Positions 46,301 through 61,666 of a DNA stretch of 64,000 nt are shown here, in pieces. The DNA is from the human T2T-CHM13v2.0 reference genome, Homo sapiens: assembly GCF_009914755.1 (NCBI RefSeq), contig NC_060929.1. The stretch is one strand, 5' to 3'. The notes beneath the pieces are model-generated. The model did no database searches. It had not been told where the DNA came from and worked only from the letters and a program-made list of their open reading frames with translations. A program made the position numbers and the translations under genes. The number at the start of each line of letters is the position of its first letter. Within the stretch, counting starts at the first letter, position 1.

Positions 46301-48520
46301 ATCTCAGGGAGTTTACACTGCCTCTGCGATATTGTTCCTAACATCTAGATAAGAAGAGAATATCACTCCCAAAATCGCAGAAGGTGTGCACCCCAAGTGT
46401 AATATAGTTCCTGATATCCAGGGGGGACAGGATGATATTACTCCCAATATTGCAGGAACTGTACACCCCCCTGGTGATATTGTTTCTAATACCCAGGTGG
46501 AAAGACGATTATATTACTCCCAATATCCCAGGGGCTGTACAACCCGCCTGTGATATTGCTTTTAATGTCCAGTGGGGGATAGAACTCTATTACTATCAAT
46601 ATCACTGGGAGAGTACACCCCGCCCAGTGATATTCTTCCTAATATCCAGAAAAGGAGAGTTTGATGTTAGTCCAAATATAGCAAAGGGTGTACAGCCCGC
46701 TTGTGGTATTGTTCTTAATATTTAGGGAGCAGAAGATAATATTATTCCCAATATCGAAGGGGGTGTTCACCATTTCTGTAATATTGTTCCTAATATCCAG
46801 AAGCTAAGCAGATGATATTACTTTCAATATCACAGAAAATGTCCACACCCCCTTGTGATATTGTTCCTAATATGCAGGGGAAGAGAGGATGACATGAGTT
46901 TCAACATCGCAGGGGGTGTACACCCCGCCTGTAGTAGAATTCCTATATCCAGAGGAAGAGGGAGGATGAAGTTATGCCCAATATCGCAGTGGCTGTACAC
47001 CCACCCTCCCGGGTGATGTTGTTTCTAATATCCAGAGGGGAGAATATATTACTTCCAATATCGTAAACACCTTGAGTGTACACCCCCCTGGGATAGGGTT
47101 TGTAATATTTAGGAGGGGAGAGGGTGATACTACTCCTGATATCACGGGGTGTGTACACTCTGCTGTGAAATGGTTTGTAAGATCCGGTGGGGAGTGGATG
47201 ATAATACACCCCATATCGCTGGGGAGTGTACACTCGCCTGTGATATGGTTCGTAACATCCAGAGGGGGAGAGGATGATATCACTCCCCATATCGCAGGGG
47301 CGTGTACACCCCCCTGTGATATGGTTCATAACACTCAGGGGAGGAGAGGGTTATAACACTCCCCATATCTTTGGGGTTGTACAACTCCCAATATCGCAGG
47401 GTGTGTACACCCTTCTGTGATATTTTTCATAATATCTAGGCGGGAAGAGGACGATATTACTCCCAATATCTCAGGGGTTGTAAACCCCCCTGTGATGTTG
47501 TTTGTAATATCCAGGGAAGGAAGACAATGATATTACTCCCAATATCACAGAAGGTGTATACCCTCTGTGATATTGTTTGTAATATCCAGGGTGGTAGGGG
47601 ATGATATTACTCCCAATATCACAAGGGGTGTACACCCCCTGTGATATTGTTTGTAATATCCGGAAGGGTAGGGAATGATATTACTTCCAATATCGCAGGG
47701 GGTGTATACTCCCCTGTGATATTCTTCAAAATATCTAGAAAAAAAAGGGGATAATATCACTCTCAATATCGTAGGGGGTGTACTCCTTCCTGTGATATTG
47801 TTCATAGGAGGTGTACGTCTGCTTGTGATATTGTTGGTAATATCTAGGGGGCGAGAGGATGATATTACTCCCAATATCACAGGGTGTGTAAACCCCCTGT
47901 GATGTTGTTAATAATATTCAGTGGGAGAAGAAGATGATATTACTTCTTCTTATTAGACAAAGGGATGATATTACCTCCAATATCGCAGAAGGTGTACACC
48001 CTCTGTTACATTTTTCATAATATCCAGGAGGGGAGGAGATGATATTACCCTCAATATCACAGTGGGAATACACTCCCTATAATATGGTTTGTAATATTAG
48101 AAGGAGAGGGGATGATATTACATCCAATATCACAGGGTGTGTGCACCCCGCAGTGATATTGTACGTAATATGCAGGGAGAAAGGGAATAATATTAGTCCC
48201 AATACTGCAGAGGGTGTACATTCCTCTATCATATTGTTCGTATTATCCGGGGGGCGGGGATGATATTACTCGCAATATTGCAAGAAGTGTACACCCTCTC
48301 TGATACTTTTCATAATATTTAGGGAAAGAGGGGATGATATTACTCCCAATATTGCAGTGGGTGTACACCCCAATGTTATATTGTTCATAATATCCAGAAG
48401 GAGATAAGATGCTATTACACCCAGTATTGCAGGGAATGTACAAACCCCTGTTACATTGCAAGGGTTGTACACTCCCCTGTTCATAATATCCAGGGGAAGA
48501 GAAGATATTACTCCCAATAC
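40350..48520 (+). repeat. SATR ~75-bp G-rich monomers (B2 with B1 islands)
   Basis: Same consensus as 15275-31560; B1 islands at ~42040-43140 and ~47070-47380. Confidence 0.9.
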
Positions 48521-48524
48521 CCTC

Positions 48525-51500
48525 ATATCCTACGGAGATATTACTCCTAATATCACAGTGGGTTTACATCATATGACTACACCCTGTTATACTATTCATT
48601 ATATCATAGGGAGATATTTCTCCTAGTATCACAATGGGTGTACACCATGCATGTATACCCTGTGATATTATCTGTAATATCCTAGGAAGATATTACTCCT
48701 ACTATCACAGTGGGTATACACCATGTGTGTAGACCCTATGATATTATTTGTAATATCCTGGAAAAATATTACTCCTATTAACACTGTGAATGTACACCAT
48801 GTGCATATACCTTGTGATATTATTTATAATATCCTAGGGAGGTATTACTCCTACTATCACAGTGGGTGTACACCATATATGTACACTTTTTGACATTATT
48901 TCTAGTATCCTTGGAAGATATCACTCTTAGTATGACAGTGGGGGGTACACCATGTGTGTACACCCTGTGATATTATTCACAATATCCTAGGGAGATATTG
49001 TGAATATCACAGTAGGGGTACACCATGTGTGTTCACCCTGTGATATTATTCATAATATCCTAGAGAGATACTACTCCTAGTATCACAGTGAGAATACAGA
49101 ATCTGTGTACATTCAGTGAAATTATTTATAATATCCCAGGGAGATATTAATCCTAGTATCACAGGGAAGGTACACAATGTAAGTACACCCTGTGATATTA
49201 TTTGTAATATCCTAGGGAAATATTACTCCTAGTATCACAGTAGGGGTACACCATGTTTGTACACCCTGTGATATTATTTGTAATATTCTAGGGAGATATT
49301 ACTCCTAATATCACAGTGAGTGTGCACCTTGTGATATTCATAATATCCTAGAAAGATATTACTTCTAATATCACAGTAGGGTACAACATTGTGTACACCT
49401 ACTGTGATATTATTCATAATAACCTAGAGAGCTATTACTCTTAATATCACAGTGGGTATATACAATGTTATATAATTAGTAATATCCTACGGAGGTATTA
49501 CTCTTAATATCACAGTGGGTGTACACCTTGTGTGTACATCCATTGATGTTATTCATAATATTCTAGGGAGATATTACGTGTAATATCACAGTGGGTGCAC
49601 TCTGTATGATGTTATTTATAATATACTTGGCAGATGTTATTTATAATATTCTTGGCAGATATTATTCCTAATATCACAGTGGGTGTACACCTTGTGAGTA
49701 CAATCTGTGATATTATTCATAATATTCCAGGGATATATTAATCCTAATATCACAGTAGGTGTACACTCTGTGATACTATTCATAATATTCTAGGGATATA
49801 TTACTCCTAATATCACTGTGGGTGTACACCCTGTGATATTATTTTTAATATTCTAAGGAGATATTACTCCTAATATCACAGTTGGTGTGCACCCTGTGAT
49901 AATATTCATAATATTTTAGTGATAATATTTTTTAATATCACAGTCAGTGTACACCCTGTGATATTATTTTTAATATTCTAAGGAGATATTACTCCTAATA
50001 TCACAGTTGGTGTGCACCCTGTGATAATATTCATAATATTTTAGTGATGATATTTTTTAATATCACAGTCAGTGTACACCCTGTGATATTATTTGTAATA
50101 TTCTAGGGAGATATTACTCCTAATATTACAGTGGGTGTACACCCTGTGATATTATTTGTAATATCCTAGGGAGATATTACACCTAATATCAAAGTGTTGT
50201 GATATTAAGTGTAATATCTCCCTAGGATATTATGAATCATATCAAAGGGTGTACAGGCACTGTAATAGGATATCGCCCTGTGTGTATACCCACTCCGATA
50301 TTATATGTAATATTCTAAGGAGATATTACTCCTCATATAACAGTGAGTGCACATCTTGTGTATACCTTGTACACTCACTGTCTACACCCTCTGTGATATT
50401 AGGAGTATTATCTTCATAGGATATTATGAATAACCTCACAGTGAGTGCACACGCTGTGTGTACACCCACTGTGTTCTTAATATTCTAGGAAGATACTACT
50501 CTTAGGAAGATGTCACAGGATGTCTACACATGCTGTACATTTTCTGTGATATTAGGAATCATATCTCCCTAAAATATTATAAATAATGTCACATGATCTC
50601 CACACATGATGTACACCCCCTTTGACATTAAGAGTACTATCTCCCTATGGTATTATGAATGATGTCACAGAAGGTGTCCACAGACAGGGTACACCTTCTG
50701 TGACATAGAAGTAATATCTCCCTAGGATATTATGAATAATGTCACGAGGTGTCCACAAACGTTGATCACCCCCGTGACATTAAGTGTAATATCTCCCTAA
50801 GATATTACAAATAATGTCACAGGGTTTCCACACATGGTGTATACCCCCGGCGACATTAAGAGTAATATCTTCCTAGAATATTATGAATAATGTCACAGGG
50901 TTTCCACGCATAATGTACACCCCCTGTGACATTAGGAGTAAGATCTCGCTGTGTGTTTGTGTACACCCACTGTGATATTATTCATAATATGCTATGGATG
51001 TAATACATCTAATATCATAGAGGGTGTACACCCTGTGTGTGCACCAACTGTGATATTATTTGTTATATCCTAGAGAGATATTACTCCTAATATCACAGTG
51101 GGTGTAGAGATATTACCCTTAATATCACAGTGGGTTTACATCATGTGTTTACACCCTGTGATATTATTCTTAATATCATAGGGAGATATTCCTTCTAATA
51201 TCACAGTGTGTGTACAGTCTGTGATATTATTCATATCATAGAAATATATTACTCAATATCACAGTGAGTGTACATCATAAGTGTACACCCTGTGAAAATA
51301 TTCATAATATTTTAGAGATATATTACTTTTAATGTCACAGTGGGTGTACACCCTGACATATTATTTGTAATATCCTAGTGAGATATTGCTTTTAATGTTA
51401 ATGTGACTGTACACCCTGGGATATTATCTGTAATGTCCCAGGGAGATTTTTCTCTTAGTTTCACAGTAAGTGTACACCCTGGGATAGTATTTGTAATATC

Positions 51501-52790
51501 CTAGGTAGATATTACTCCTAATATCACAGTTAGTGTGCACCCTGAAATATTATTCATAGTATCCTAGGAAGATATTACTCCTAATATCACAGTTGGTGTA
51601 CAGCCTGTGAAATAATTCATAATATTATAGGGAGATATTACTCCTAATATAATATCACAGTGGGTGTACACCTGTGTGTGCACCCTGGGATATTCTTTGT
51701 AATCTCCTAGGGAGATATTAATCCTAACATCACAGTCAGTGTACACCCTGTGTGTACACCGGGGATATTATTTGTAATGTCCTAGGCAGATATTATTTTT
51801 AATATCAGTGTATGTACACATTGTGTGTACACCCTGAGATATTATTTGTAATGTCATAGGAAGACATAATTCCTAATATCAACATGGGCATACACCCTTT
51901 GTGTACACCCTGAAATATTATTTATAATGTAATATGAAGATATTACTCCTAACATCACAGTGGGTATACACGCTGTGCATACACCCTGGAAAATTATTCG
52001 TAACAACCCAAGGAGATATTACTCCTAATATCACAGTGGGTGTACACCACATGCGTTCACCCTGTGATATTAGTTATAACATCATAGGGAGATATTACTT
52101 TTAATATCGCAGTATGTGTACACACTGTGATAATATTTCTAATATGTTAAACAGATATTGCTCCTAATATCACAGTGGAGGTACACCCTGTGATATTATT
52201 CATAATATCTTAAGGGGATATTACTTCTAATATCCCAGTGGGTGTACACCCTGTGATATCTGTAATATTTTAGGCAGATATTACTTTTAATATCCCAGTG
52301 GGTGTATACCCTGTGTGTACATGCTGTGTTATTATTTGTAATATTTTAGGGAGATATTACTCCTAATATCCCTGTGGGTGTATACCCTGTGTGTATACCC
52401 TGTGATATTATTTGTAATATCTTAGGGAGATATTACTCATAATATTCCAGTGGGTGCACACCCTGTGTGTACATCCTGTGATATTATTTGTAATATCTTA
52501 GGGAGATATTACTCCTAATATCCCAGTGAGTGTTCACCCTGTGTGTACACTCTGTCATGTCATTTGTAATAGCTTAGGGAGATATTATCCCTAATATCTC
52601 AGTTATTGTACACCCTTTGCATTCAGCCTTTGTTGTCGTTTTTATCATCTTAAATAGATATCACTCCTAGTATTTCAGTGGGTGTACACACTGGATGTAC
52701 ACCCCGTGATATGATTCATAATATCTAGAAAGATATTATTCCTAATATTCCAGTGGATGTACACCCTGTGGGTATGTACTCTGATGTGGC
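48525..52790 (+). repeat. SATR variant A (63/76-bp monomers) with internal inversions at ~50200-50945
   Basis: GGGAGATATTACTCCTAATATCACAGTGGGTGTACACCCTGTGATATTATTTGTAATATCCTA. Confidence 0.9.
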
Positions 52791-52799
52791 TATAACGGA

Positions 52800-54830
52800 T
52801 ATCATGGATATCATGCAAAATATCATCAATATTTTATTAATATCATAGTATGTTAAAACTAGGTATTATAAATATCATGGATATTTCATTAATATCTTAG
52901 TGTGTTAATACTGAGTATTAACATTTGTTATTATAAATATCATGTATATTTTATTAATACCATAATGTGTTCACACTGTGTTAACACTACATATTATAAA
53001 TATCAAAGATATTTTATTAATATCATAGTGTTTTAACACTGGATATCATAAATATCAAGATATTTTATTAATATCGTGTGTTAACACTAGATGTTATAAA
53101 TATCATTGATTTTTTAATATCATAGTGTTTTCACTAGATATTATAAATATTGTAGATATTTTATAAATAACTTAGCACTGTGTGTTAATACTAGATATTA
53201 TAAATATCATGGATATTTCATTAATATACTGTGTTAACACTGTGTGTTAATACTAGATATAATTATCACAGATATTTTCTTAATATCATAGTGTGTTAAA
53301 ACTAGACATTATAAATATCATTATATTTTATTATTATTAGTAATATCTCAGTGTGTTAACATTAGGTATTATAAAATCATGGATATTTCAATAATATCAC
53401 AGTGTGTTAACACTAGATATTATGAATGTCATTGATATTTTATTAATATCGTAGTGTGTTAACACTAGATATTTTGAATATCATAATAACTGTGTTAAAA
53501 CACAGGATTAACACTAGATATTATAAATATCAGAGATATTTTGTTAGTATCATAATGTGTTAACACTAGATATTATAAATATCAAATATTTTATTAATAT
53601 CATAGTGGGTTTAACACTGTGTTTTAACTCTAGATATTACAAATATCAAAGATATCTTATGAATATCATAGTGTGTTTACATCAGATATTTTAAATATCA
53701 TGGATATTTTATTCATATCATAGTGTGTCACCACTAGATATTATAAATATCATGGCTATTTCATGAATGTCATAGTATGTTAACACTCTGTGTTAACTCT
53801 GGATATAGTAATTATCATGTATATTTTCTTAATATCATAGCATGTTATCACTAGATATAAATATCATCATATCTTGTTAATATCTTAGTGTGTTAACACT
53901 AGATATTTAAAATATTATGGATATTTCATTAATATCCTAGTATGTTAACACTTGATATTATAAATATCATGGATACTTTATTAATGTCATATTGTGTTAA
54001 CACTATGTGATACATTACATATGATTATTATGGATTTATTATTAGTATCACAGGTGTTAACACAAGATATTATAAATATAATGGATATTTTATTAATAGT
54101 ATAGTGTTAAAACTGAATATTTTATTAGTATCATAGTGTGTTAACCCTAGATATTATAAATATGGAAATTTTATTAATATCATAGTTTGTTAACACTAGA
54201 TATTATAAATATGGAAATTTTATTAATATCATTGTGTGTTAACACTGTGTGTAAACACTAGAGATTATAAATATCATATTTTATTAATATCATTGTGTGT
54301 TTACATTAATAAATATCATAGGTATTTTATGGATATCATAGTGTGTAAACACTGTGTGTTAACTTCAGATATTATAAATATCATAGATATTTTCTTAGTA
54401 TCATAATGTGTTAACCCTGTGTGTTAACACTGTATATTATAAATATCTTAGTTTTTTTTTAATATCATAGTGTGTTTACACTGTATGTTAACACAAGGTC
54501 ATGTAAATATCATACATATTTTCTTAATATCATAGTATGTTATCACTACCTAAGACAAATATAAAGATATTTTCTCAATATCATAGTGTGTTAACACTAG
54601 ATATTATAAATATCATAGATATTTTATTAATATCACAGTGTGTTAAAACTAGATATTTTAAATGTCTTAGATATTTTATTAATATCATATTGTGTTAACA
54701 CTAGATATTATAAATATTATAGATATTTTATTAACATAGTGTGGTAACACTGTATTAACACTTGATATTATTATAAATATTTTAGATATTTTATTAACAT
54801 AGTGTATTATATATGATATTATCTATATAT
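52800..54830 (+). repeat. AT-rich GTTAAC-centred minisatellite, outer layer of the array
   Basis: ATATCATAGTGTGTTAACACTAGATATTATAAATATCATAGATATTTTATTA; reverse complement of the 7421-10488 unit. Confidence 0.88.
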
Positions 54831-54834
54831 ATGC

Positions 54835-54965
54835 TATATATCTATGAATTATCTCTGGAAAGGATATCTGATAATATTAATTATATCTGGGGAGGCTACA
54901 AGAAGCCAAGGATGATAAGAAACCCTAAATTTCACTTTATACTTGTTGATGTTACACAAAAAAAC
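54835..54965 (+). mobile_element. L1ME-type LINE 3' UTR, terminal half
   Basis: TATATATGC...TCTGGAAAGGATA...TATCTGGGGAGG...TTTCACTTTATACTT resembles the L1ME terminus downstream of its TA-rich tract. Confidence 0.55.
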
Positions 54966-55199
54966 TTTTTTTCCCTCACCTCCCCCCTCACTTCCCTCCA
55001 AAGAATACTTTACCATAACCATTTAGTGCTTAAAAAAATACCCAAATCTTTTTCATCCATCTCTTGGCTGCCTTCTGCGTGTAGGCCCTCCTGTATGTGA
55101 CATCCCATCTTAGAAAATCCTGAGGGGTAAGTGTTGTGGACATCGAGAGGACCAGAGCCCGCTTGCTTTTCTGATCCTGTCCTGTAAGATGTCGGTGTC

Positions 55200-55290
55200 A
55201 AGTCTTCCTTAAAGGTTTGCTGTGGAAATGAAATAAATTTGTACATGTAAAGCACAAGAACATGGAAGGTGCTTACTAAATGTTACTTAT
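55200..55290 (+). mobile_element. MIR 3' fragment
   Basis: AGGTTTGCTGTGGAAATGAAATAA...CATGTAAAGCAC...GTGCTTACTAAATGTTA. Confidence 0.6.
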
Positions 55291-55404
55291 CTTTACTTTC
55301 TCTGCCTTGGTCCTCTCATACCCACTCCTGATTTTAGGTGATTGGGTGGAAATGGCCATTGAACATCATACTCTACTAACAAAGACCATTTGAGAGTTAG
55401 ATTA

Positions 55405-55830
<426 letters not shown>

Positions 55831-55892
55831 AATTGTTATAGAATATAGAGTTGAATAACTTTTCTGGAATGAGAAAGCTCTCATTTTAGATA

Positions 55893-55985
55893 TCCATTCA
55901 TTCATTCATTCAATAGTGTGCTGGATGCCAGGAATTTAATGGTGAGGAAAATAGACATGATCTCTGCCTTCTGAGGCTCAAGATC
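55893..55985 (-). mobile_element. L2 3' end
   Basis: (CATT)n followed by AGACATGATCTCTGCCTTC. Confidence 0.6.
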
Positions 55986-55994
55986 CTCCCTCTA

Positions 55995-56737
<743 letters not shown>

Positions 56738-57769
56738 TGATTGAATTCACTGGCTAAACTACATTAGTTTTCCTCCCATGGGGCCCAGTTAGGTCTGGGG
56801 ACATAATTTAGTTGTAATAGAAAGATAAAAATGTCACTTCCTGCAACCTAATCTGTGGATTGTGAAACTCACATTCACTTGCCAATTACTGTTTTTGTCT
56901 TTTTGTTTTGGGTAATATGGCCCCAGCTGGCCTGTAAATGAGCAAAGGCCCCACTAAAAGTCCCTCTCCCCAGGCTTTATGCCACCAGTTGAGGCTGCAG
57001 CTGCCTGATCTGTCTCCCTCTGGAATTTTCCTTATGACAGAAAAATAAATTCCTGTTTGGCTAAGCCACTGTTGTCAAGTATCTATTACATGCAGCCAAA
57101 AGCAATCCTAACTGAGCAGGGAGATGACTGGCTCCTCTCTTTCTGCTCTGCCACGCACAGCATGTGGTTTTTGTCCTACTCTTCCCAAGGAGGTTTCGTA
57201 TTTTATATTGCAAGTCCCTGTGTGCCAGGGGCCTCTTGATATTCTCATTCGAGGCAGGAAGGCAAGGGTAGAACAAAGAGCAGACACATCACTGAACGCC
57301 TTCGCTTTTTATTAGGGAACGTCTTTTCCAGAAGGCCCATCATGTGTTTCCATTTTTAGCCCATTTGCCAGCACTCGCAAGGGTTCTCTGGCTGCAAAGG
57401 GGTCTGGATAAGCGAATGTTTCTCACTGAATCCAGGAGAAAATCATGGGAGGGGTTGAGTGGACACTGGGTAAGGAACCAGCAGCACCTACCGGAACTGA
57501 CTTTGGCCACACAGGACGATGATCGGCTGCTCCCTGGAGTGTGTAGGGGAACTCGGGACTTCTTGCCTGGAAGCCTCCTGCAGCTACAGGGGCTTCTGTA
57601 GGAGGGATCCTGCCTCTGGATCCCCCTGGGAGACATGGCATAGGTTTCCACCACTCCAGGACTTCCAAACCCATGAAATGCAAGGAGCGGAAGGAGGGTT
57701 CCTCTGTTTCCCTATCCCCACCCCTAGATTCTCCCTGGGAAGGAGGATGGGCAGGGCTGCTTCTCAGAG

Positions 57770-58230
57770 CAGGAAATCCTGTCATTTGTGACATGGATGA
57801 GCCTACAGGACATTTTATAAAGTGAAATAAGTCAGGCCCAGAAAGACAAATATCTCATGATCTCACATATATGTGGAATCTAAAACAATCGAATTCATAA
57901 AAGCACCGAGTAGAATGGTGGTTACCAGAGGCTAGGGGTGGGGGATTGAGGAGATATTGGTCGAAGGGTACAAAATTTCAGTTCGTCAGGAGGAATAAGT
58001 TCCAGAGATCTGTTGTACAACATGGTGACCATAGTAACAATGTATTGTGTTATTGAAAATCACTGAGATTTTAAGTGTTCTCACCACAAAAAATAAGTAT
58101 GTGAGGAAATACAAATGTTAATTAGTTCAATGTTTTAAAATATACATGTAATTTCAAAAGATCAGGTTTTACATAATACAGCATATACCATTCTTGTCAA
58201 TTAAAAATGAGTAAGTAATTTAAAAAAAAA
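57770..58230 (+). mobile_element. L1MA-type LINE 3' end
   Basis: GGAAATCCTGTCATTTG...AGTAGAATGGTGGTTACCAGAGGC...TGTTCTCACCACAAAAAA. Confidence 0.9.
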
Positions 58231-58320
58231 TAAGTGCAGGAAAAATGCAATAAAAGAAAGACACCGTCCTGTCCCAATTCTTCCTTTGGTAAAATTTGCC
58301 TGTTTAAATATGAGTATTTA

Positions 58321-58627
58321 GGCTAGGTGCAGTGGCTCATGCCTATAAGCTCAGCACTTTGGGAGGCTGAGGTGGGCAGATCACCTGAGGTCAGGAGTTT
58401 GAGACCAGCCTGGCCAACATGGTGAAACTTTGTCTCTACTAAAAATACAAAAACTAGCTGGGTGTGGTGGCATGGGCCTGTAATCCCAGCTACTCAGGAA
58501 GCTGAGGCAGGAGAATTGCATGAATCTGGGAGGCAGAGGTTGCAGTGAGCTGAGCCCACACCACTGCATTCCAGCCTGGGTGGCAGAGTGAGACTCTGTC
58601 TCAAAAAAAATAAATAAATAAACAAAT
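58321..58627 (+). mobile_element. AluS SINE
   Basis: Full dimer; TSD AAATATGA(G/A)TATTTA. Confidence 0.95.
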
Positions 58628-58669
58628 AAATATGAATATTTAAGGGATTTTATTTACTGAATTGATTTT

Positions 58670-58910
58670 TATTTATTTTATTTTATTTTTTAAGCTTCTA
58701 TGGGTACATAGTAGGTGTATATATTTATGGGGTACATGAGATATTTTGATACAGGCATGCAATTTGTAACAATCACATCAGGGTAACTGGAGTATCCATC
58801 CCCTCCAGCATTTATCATTTCTTTGTGTTACAAACACTCCCATTTATACTTTTTTAGTTATTTTTAAATGTGCAATGAATTATTGTTGACTGTAGTCACC
58901 CTGCTGTGCT
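58670..58910 (-). mobile_element. L1MA-type LINE 3' end
   Basis: GGGTACATAGTAGGTGTATATATTTATGGGGTACATGAGATATTTTGATACAGGCATGC. Confidence 0.9.
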
Positions 58911-59779
58911 TAAGGTTTTTTTAAGTGAATTAATTTATAGACAAACTGTAGACAACAATAGTCCTGGTGATAGGTGGGATTGTGAGAAATTAGGACAGGG
59001 GCACACAAATTATTGAATTTCAACTCTGTTTTTCTCCTTTCAGCTATCATCCCTCCTGTTATATTTGCATCTTCTCTGCACACCTCCACCTGTGATGTCT
59101 TCCTAGGACTCTCCAATGTGTCTGGCCCTGACCAAGCTTTTTGCCCTAAGTGTGGCTTATCTGCGATGTCTTTCTCCCTAACATCCAGTTCCAACCCCTT
59201 TGCGGGGTCCAAGGGCTCCTGGAGGAGGAGATGACTTCTGGGGCACAGCAAACCAAGATGTGTGCTCCCCAGAGCTGACTTGGAAGCTGTCCGGCCCCTC
59301 TGCATTCACCCCAGCTGCCCATGTACACCAGGCAGCAGGAGGGACAGCCACTGCAGGCTGCCAGCCTGTCCTTTGCTGTCTGTGTCTGTGTCAAGAGTGA
59401 ATGAAGTGATAAAACCAGGAGAGCAGTGTGCTGTGAAAAAGTTAAAGGTGAGTGCCAGCTGCAGGTGGAGAAGAGGCGGCTGCTTCTGGGGGAACTGGAT
59501 CCAAGGGCTTAGCTACGGGCCCCAAGCCCCGTAAAACTCAAGCCTGCCTTTAATTATGAGAGGGGCCCCCGGGGTTGTTGGGATACCACTTACCTAATCT
59601 TGTTAGAACATGAAGCTGATTTCTTTTGAAGACTCCTGGCTCAATGCATCCACCAGCTCCCTTCTGGAGGTGCCCAGCGCCTGGCCTTGCTACCTAATAC
59701 CACTCACCCTCTGCCATCTCCCAAGGTTCATAACTCAAATGGGGAAGCCACAGGCTAAGAGGGGCCTCAGGAGTGATGG

Positions 59780-60060
59780 GATGAAGTCAGAATTTTAGAG
59801 AAAGAAGCCTGGTAGCAGCGTGGGTTGGGGGAGTGTTGAAAGTTGGGACCAGCTGAGAAATGCGGTAGTTGTCCACAGTCAGAGTGAGGGTGGGAATGAG
59901 AGTGGTTGAAGACAGGGCCAGAAGTGGACCCCAGAGAAGGAATAGCACACAGTGACACAGAGACTGTGCATGGGGTATCCAGATGACACTGTCTGATAGG
60001 TGAGAGATGTCAGGGCCATAGATGGGGCGAGAGGGAAGGAGAGCTATAAGACCCTTGAGT
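59780..60060 (-). mobile_element. Probable degraded L2 fragment
   Basis: Purine-rich TTTTAGAGAAAG...CTGGTAGCAGCGTGG...GTAGTTGTCCA pattern. Confidence 0.45.
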
Positions 60061-61666
60061 AGCACTGGTGTTGTTACTATGACCAGGATCTATTATATAC
60101 AGCCATGGCTTTGATTTGTCAGTGTTGAAAAGGGGGCATTACTCTGAAAGTTTGTCCTTCGGACACGACAAACTTCTTATCTGAATTGGAGAAGAGAGTT
60201 GGCAACCAGCTCATCTGGTAGTCAGGCAGAGAGGGAAAATTAAACACAACATCAATCCTTTCAGGCAGAAATCCTGGGCGGGAGGAAGAGCAATGTTGGG
60301 AAAAAGGGGAGAGAGGAGAACTTTCCCAGAGGGCAAGAGGAGGGTGCTGCGCTGAGTGCAGGCGCTCAGGAACAAAGGCACTTGATGTGCCCCACAGAGC
60401 AACTGCACCAACCCCCAAGCCGGCTCTGGGTGATGAGTGGTTGGAGACAAGGTCAGAAGTGAATCCCCGAGAAAGAAAAGCACATAGGTGACACAGAGTG
60501 TGCTATTCCTGTCACTCCAGGAAAGGAAACATGAAGGGCTGCTTTGATCAGAGGCACCCATGTGGCGGGTTTGGGGATATTTTCCCCCCATCATGGAAAA
60601 CCAAGTTGCAGATGAAATGGAATCTGCGCTGCAGTTGAGCCAGGTGTTGAGAGTGACTTCTCACTGAGCTGAGGGTCCATGCCCATGAGCACCATTGCCA
60701 TGGATGTCCCTGACTGGGCTTCTGCACCCTGGGCCTTTTCCATGCTCCATCCTTTGGCTGCCTCTGCTTGGGCACTTGTCCCTTAGATCCATTCCCTGAA
60801 GATTCACTCAGTTTGGTCACAGTCCAGCCCTTCTGCCTCTTGCAGACAGCCTACTCTGATCACTCCAGCCTTTGCTAACCTCTGCTTTCTGAGAACTCCA
60901 ACTGCACGCAGCAGTGTGGGGATCATGTGTTCCTGGGATCATGTGTCCCAGGACAGTAGGAATGTCAAACATCCTGCCTGTGCTGTCCTCACCTGCTTCT
61001 TCCAGGATGGGTCAGATGGTCCCTGTTACACAGACAAAATATGAGTCATCAGAAAGGCTAGTGTCCCTCTCCTTCTAGATGGTGCAGTCTGTCTGGGCAG
61101 CAAGCATGCTTTTCCTGCAGAGTAGGGGCTAGAAGCACAGGCTCCGGAGTCAGAGGGACCTGGGACCAGGCACCCAGACACACTGACCTCAAGTGCCGCA
61201 TCTCCAGGATGGTGCTCTGAATCCCCAACCCTGGTGTGATGACAGTTACATGTGAGAGTATGCTTAAACTGTTTCCTTGGCACAGTTCCTGGTGCTGATT
61301 CCCACCTCCATCATTCTACAGCCCTGGACAAGTCATCGTTTGTCTCAGCTGGATCATCCAGGCTGGTCTCTGGGCATGAAGGCCTAGTGAGGATTCAGTG
61401 AGGCCATGGGGCCATGGGAGGCCACTGCCTCGTGAACTGGCAGGGCCTTACTGTGATGGGCCCACAGAGTACTGTGGGTTCTGCTAGACCAGATGCTGGA
61501 GCTGTGGGCCTTTTGTTACCTCCCAGTTTGATTAAGTTTCATCTTACACAGTGAATTATGTGCATTTCCTCTTGGGCTCTGTGCTGGCTGGGATAACTGA
61601 GGGCCTGCTATGGAGATCCTGGAACCCTGACTTTCACAGCATCTGTGAGGTGGATGTACTCTAAAG

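Noticed and set aside
57340-57794. Overlapping ORFs in GC-richer unique sequence
   Set aside because: No recognisable domain, similar-length ORFs on both strands, and no clear exon structure.
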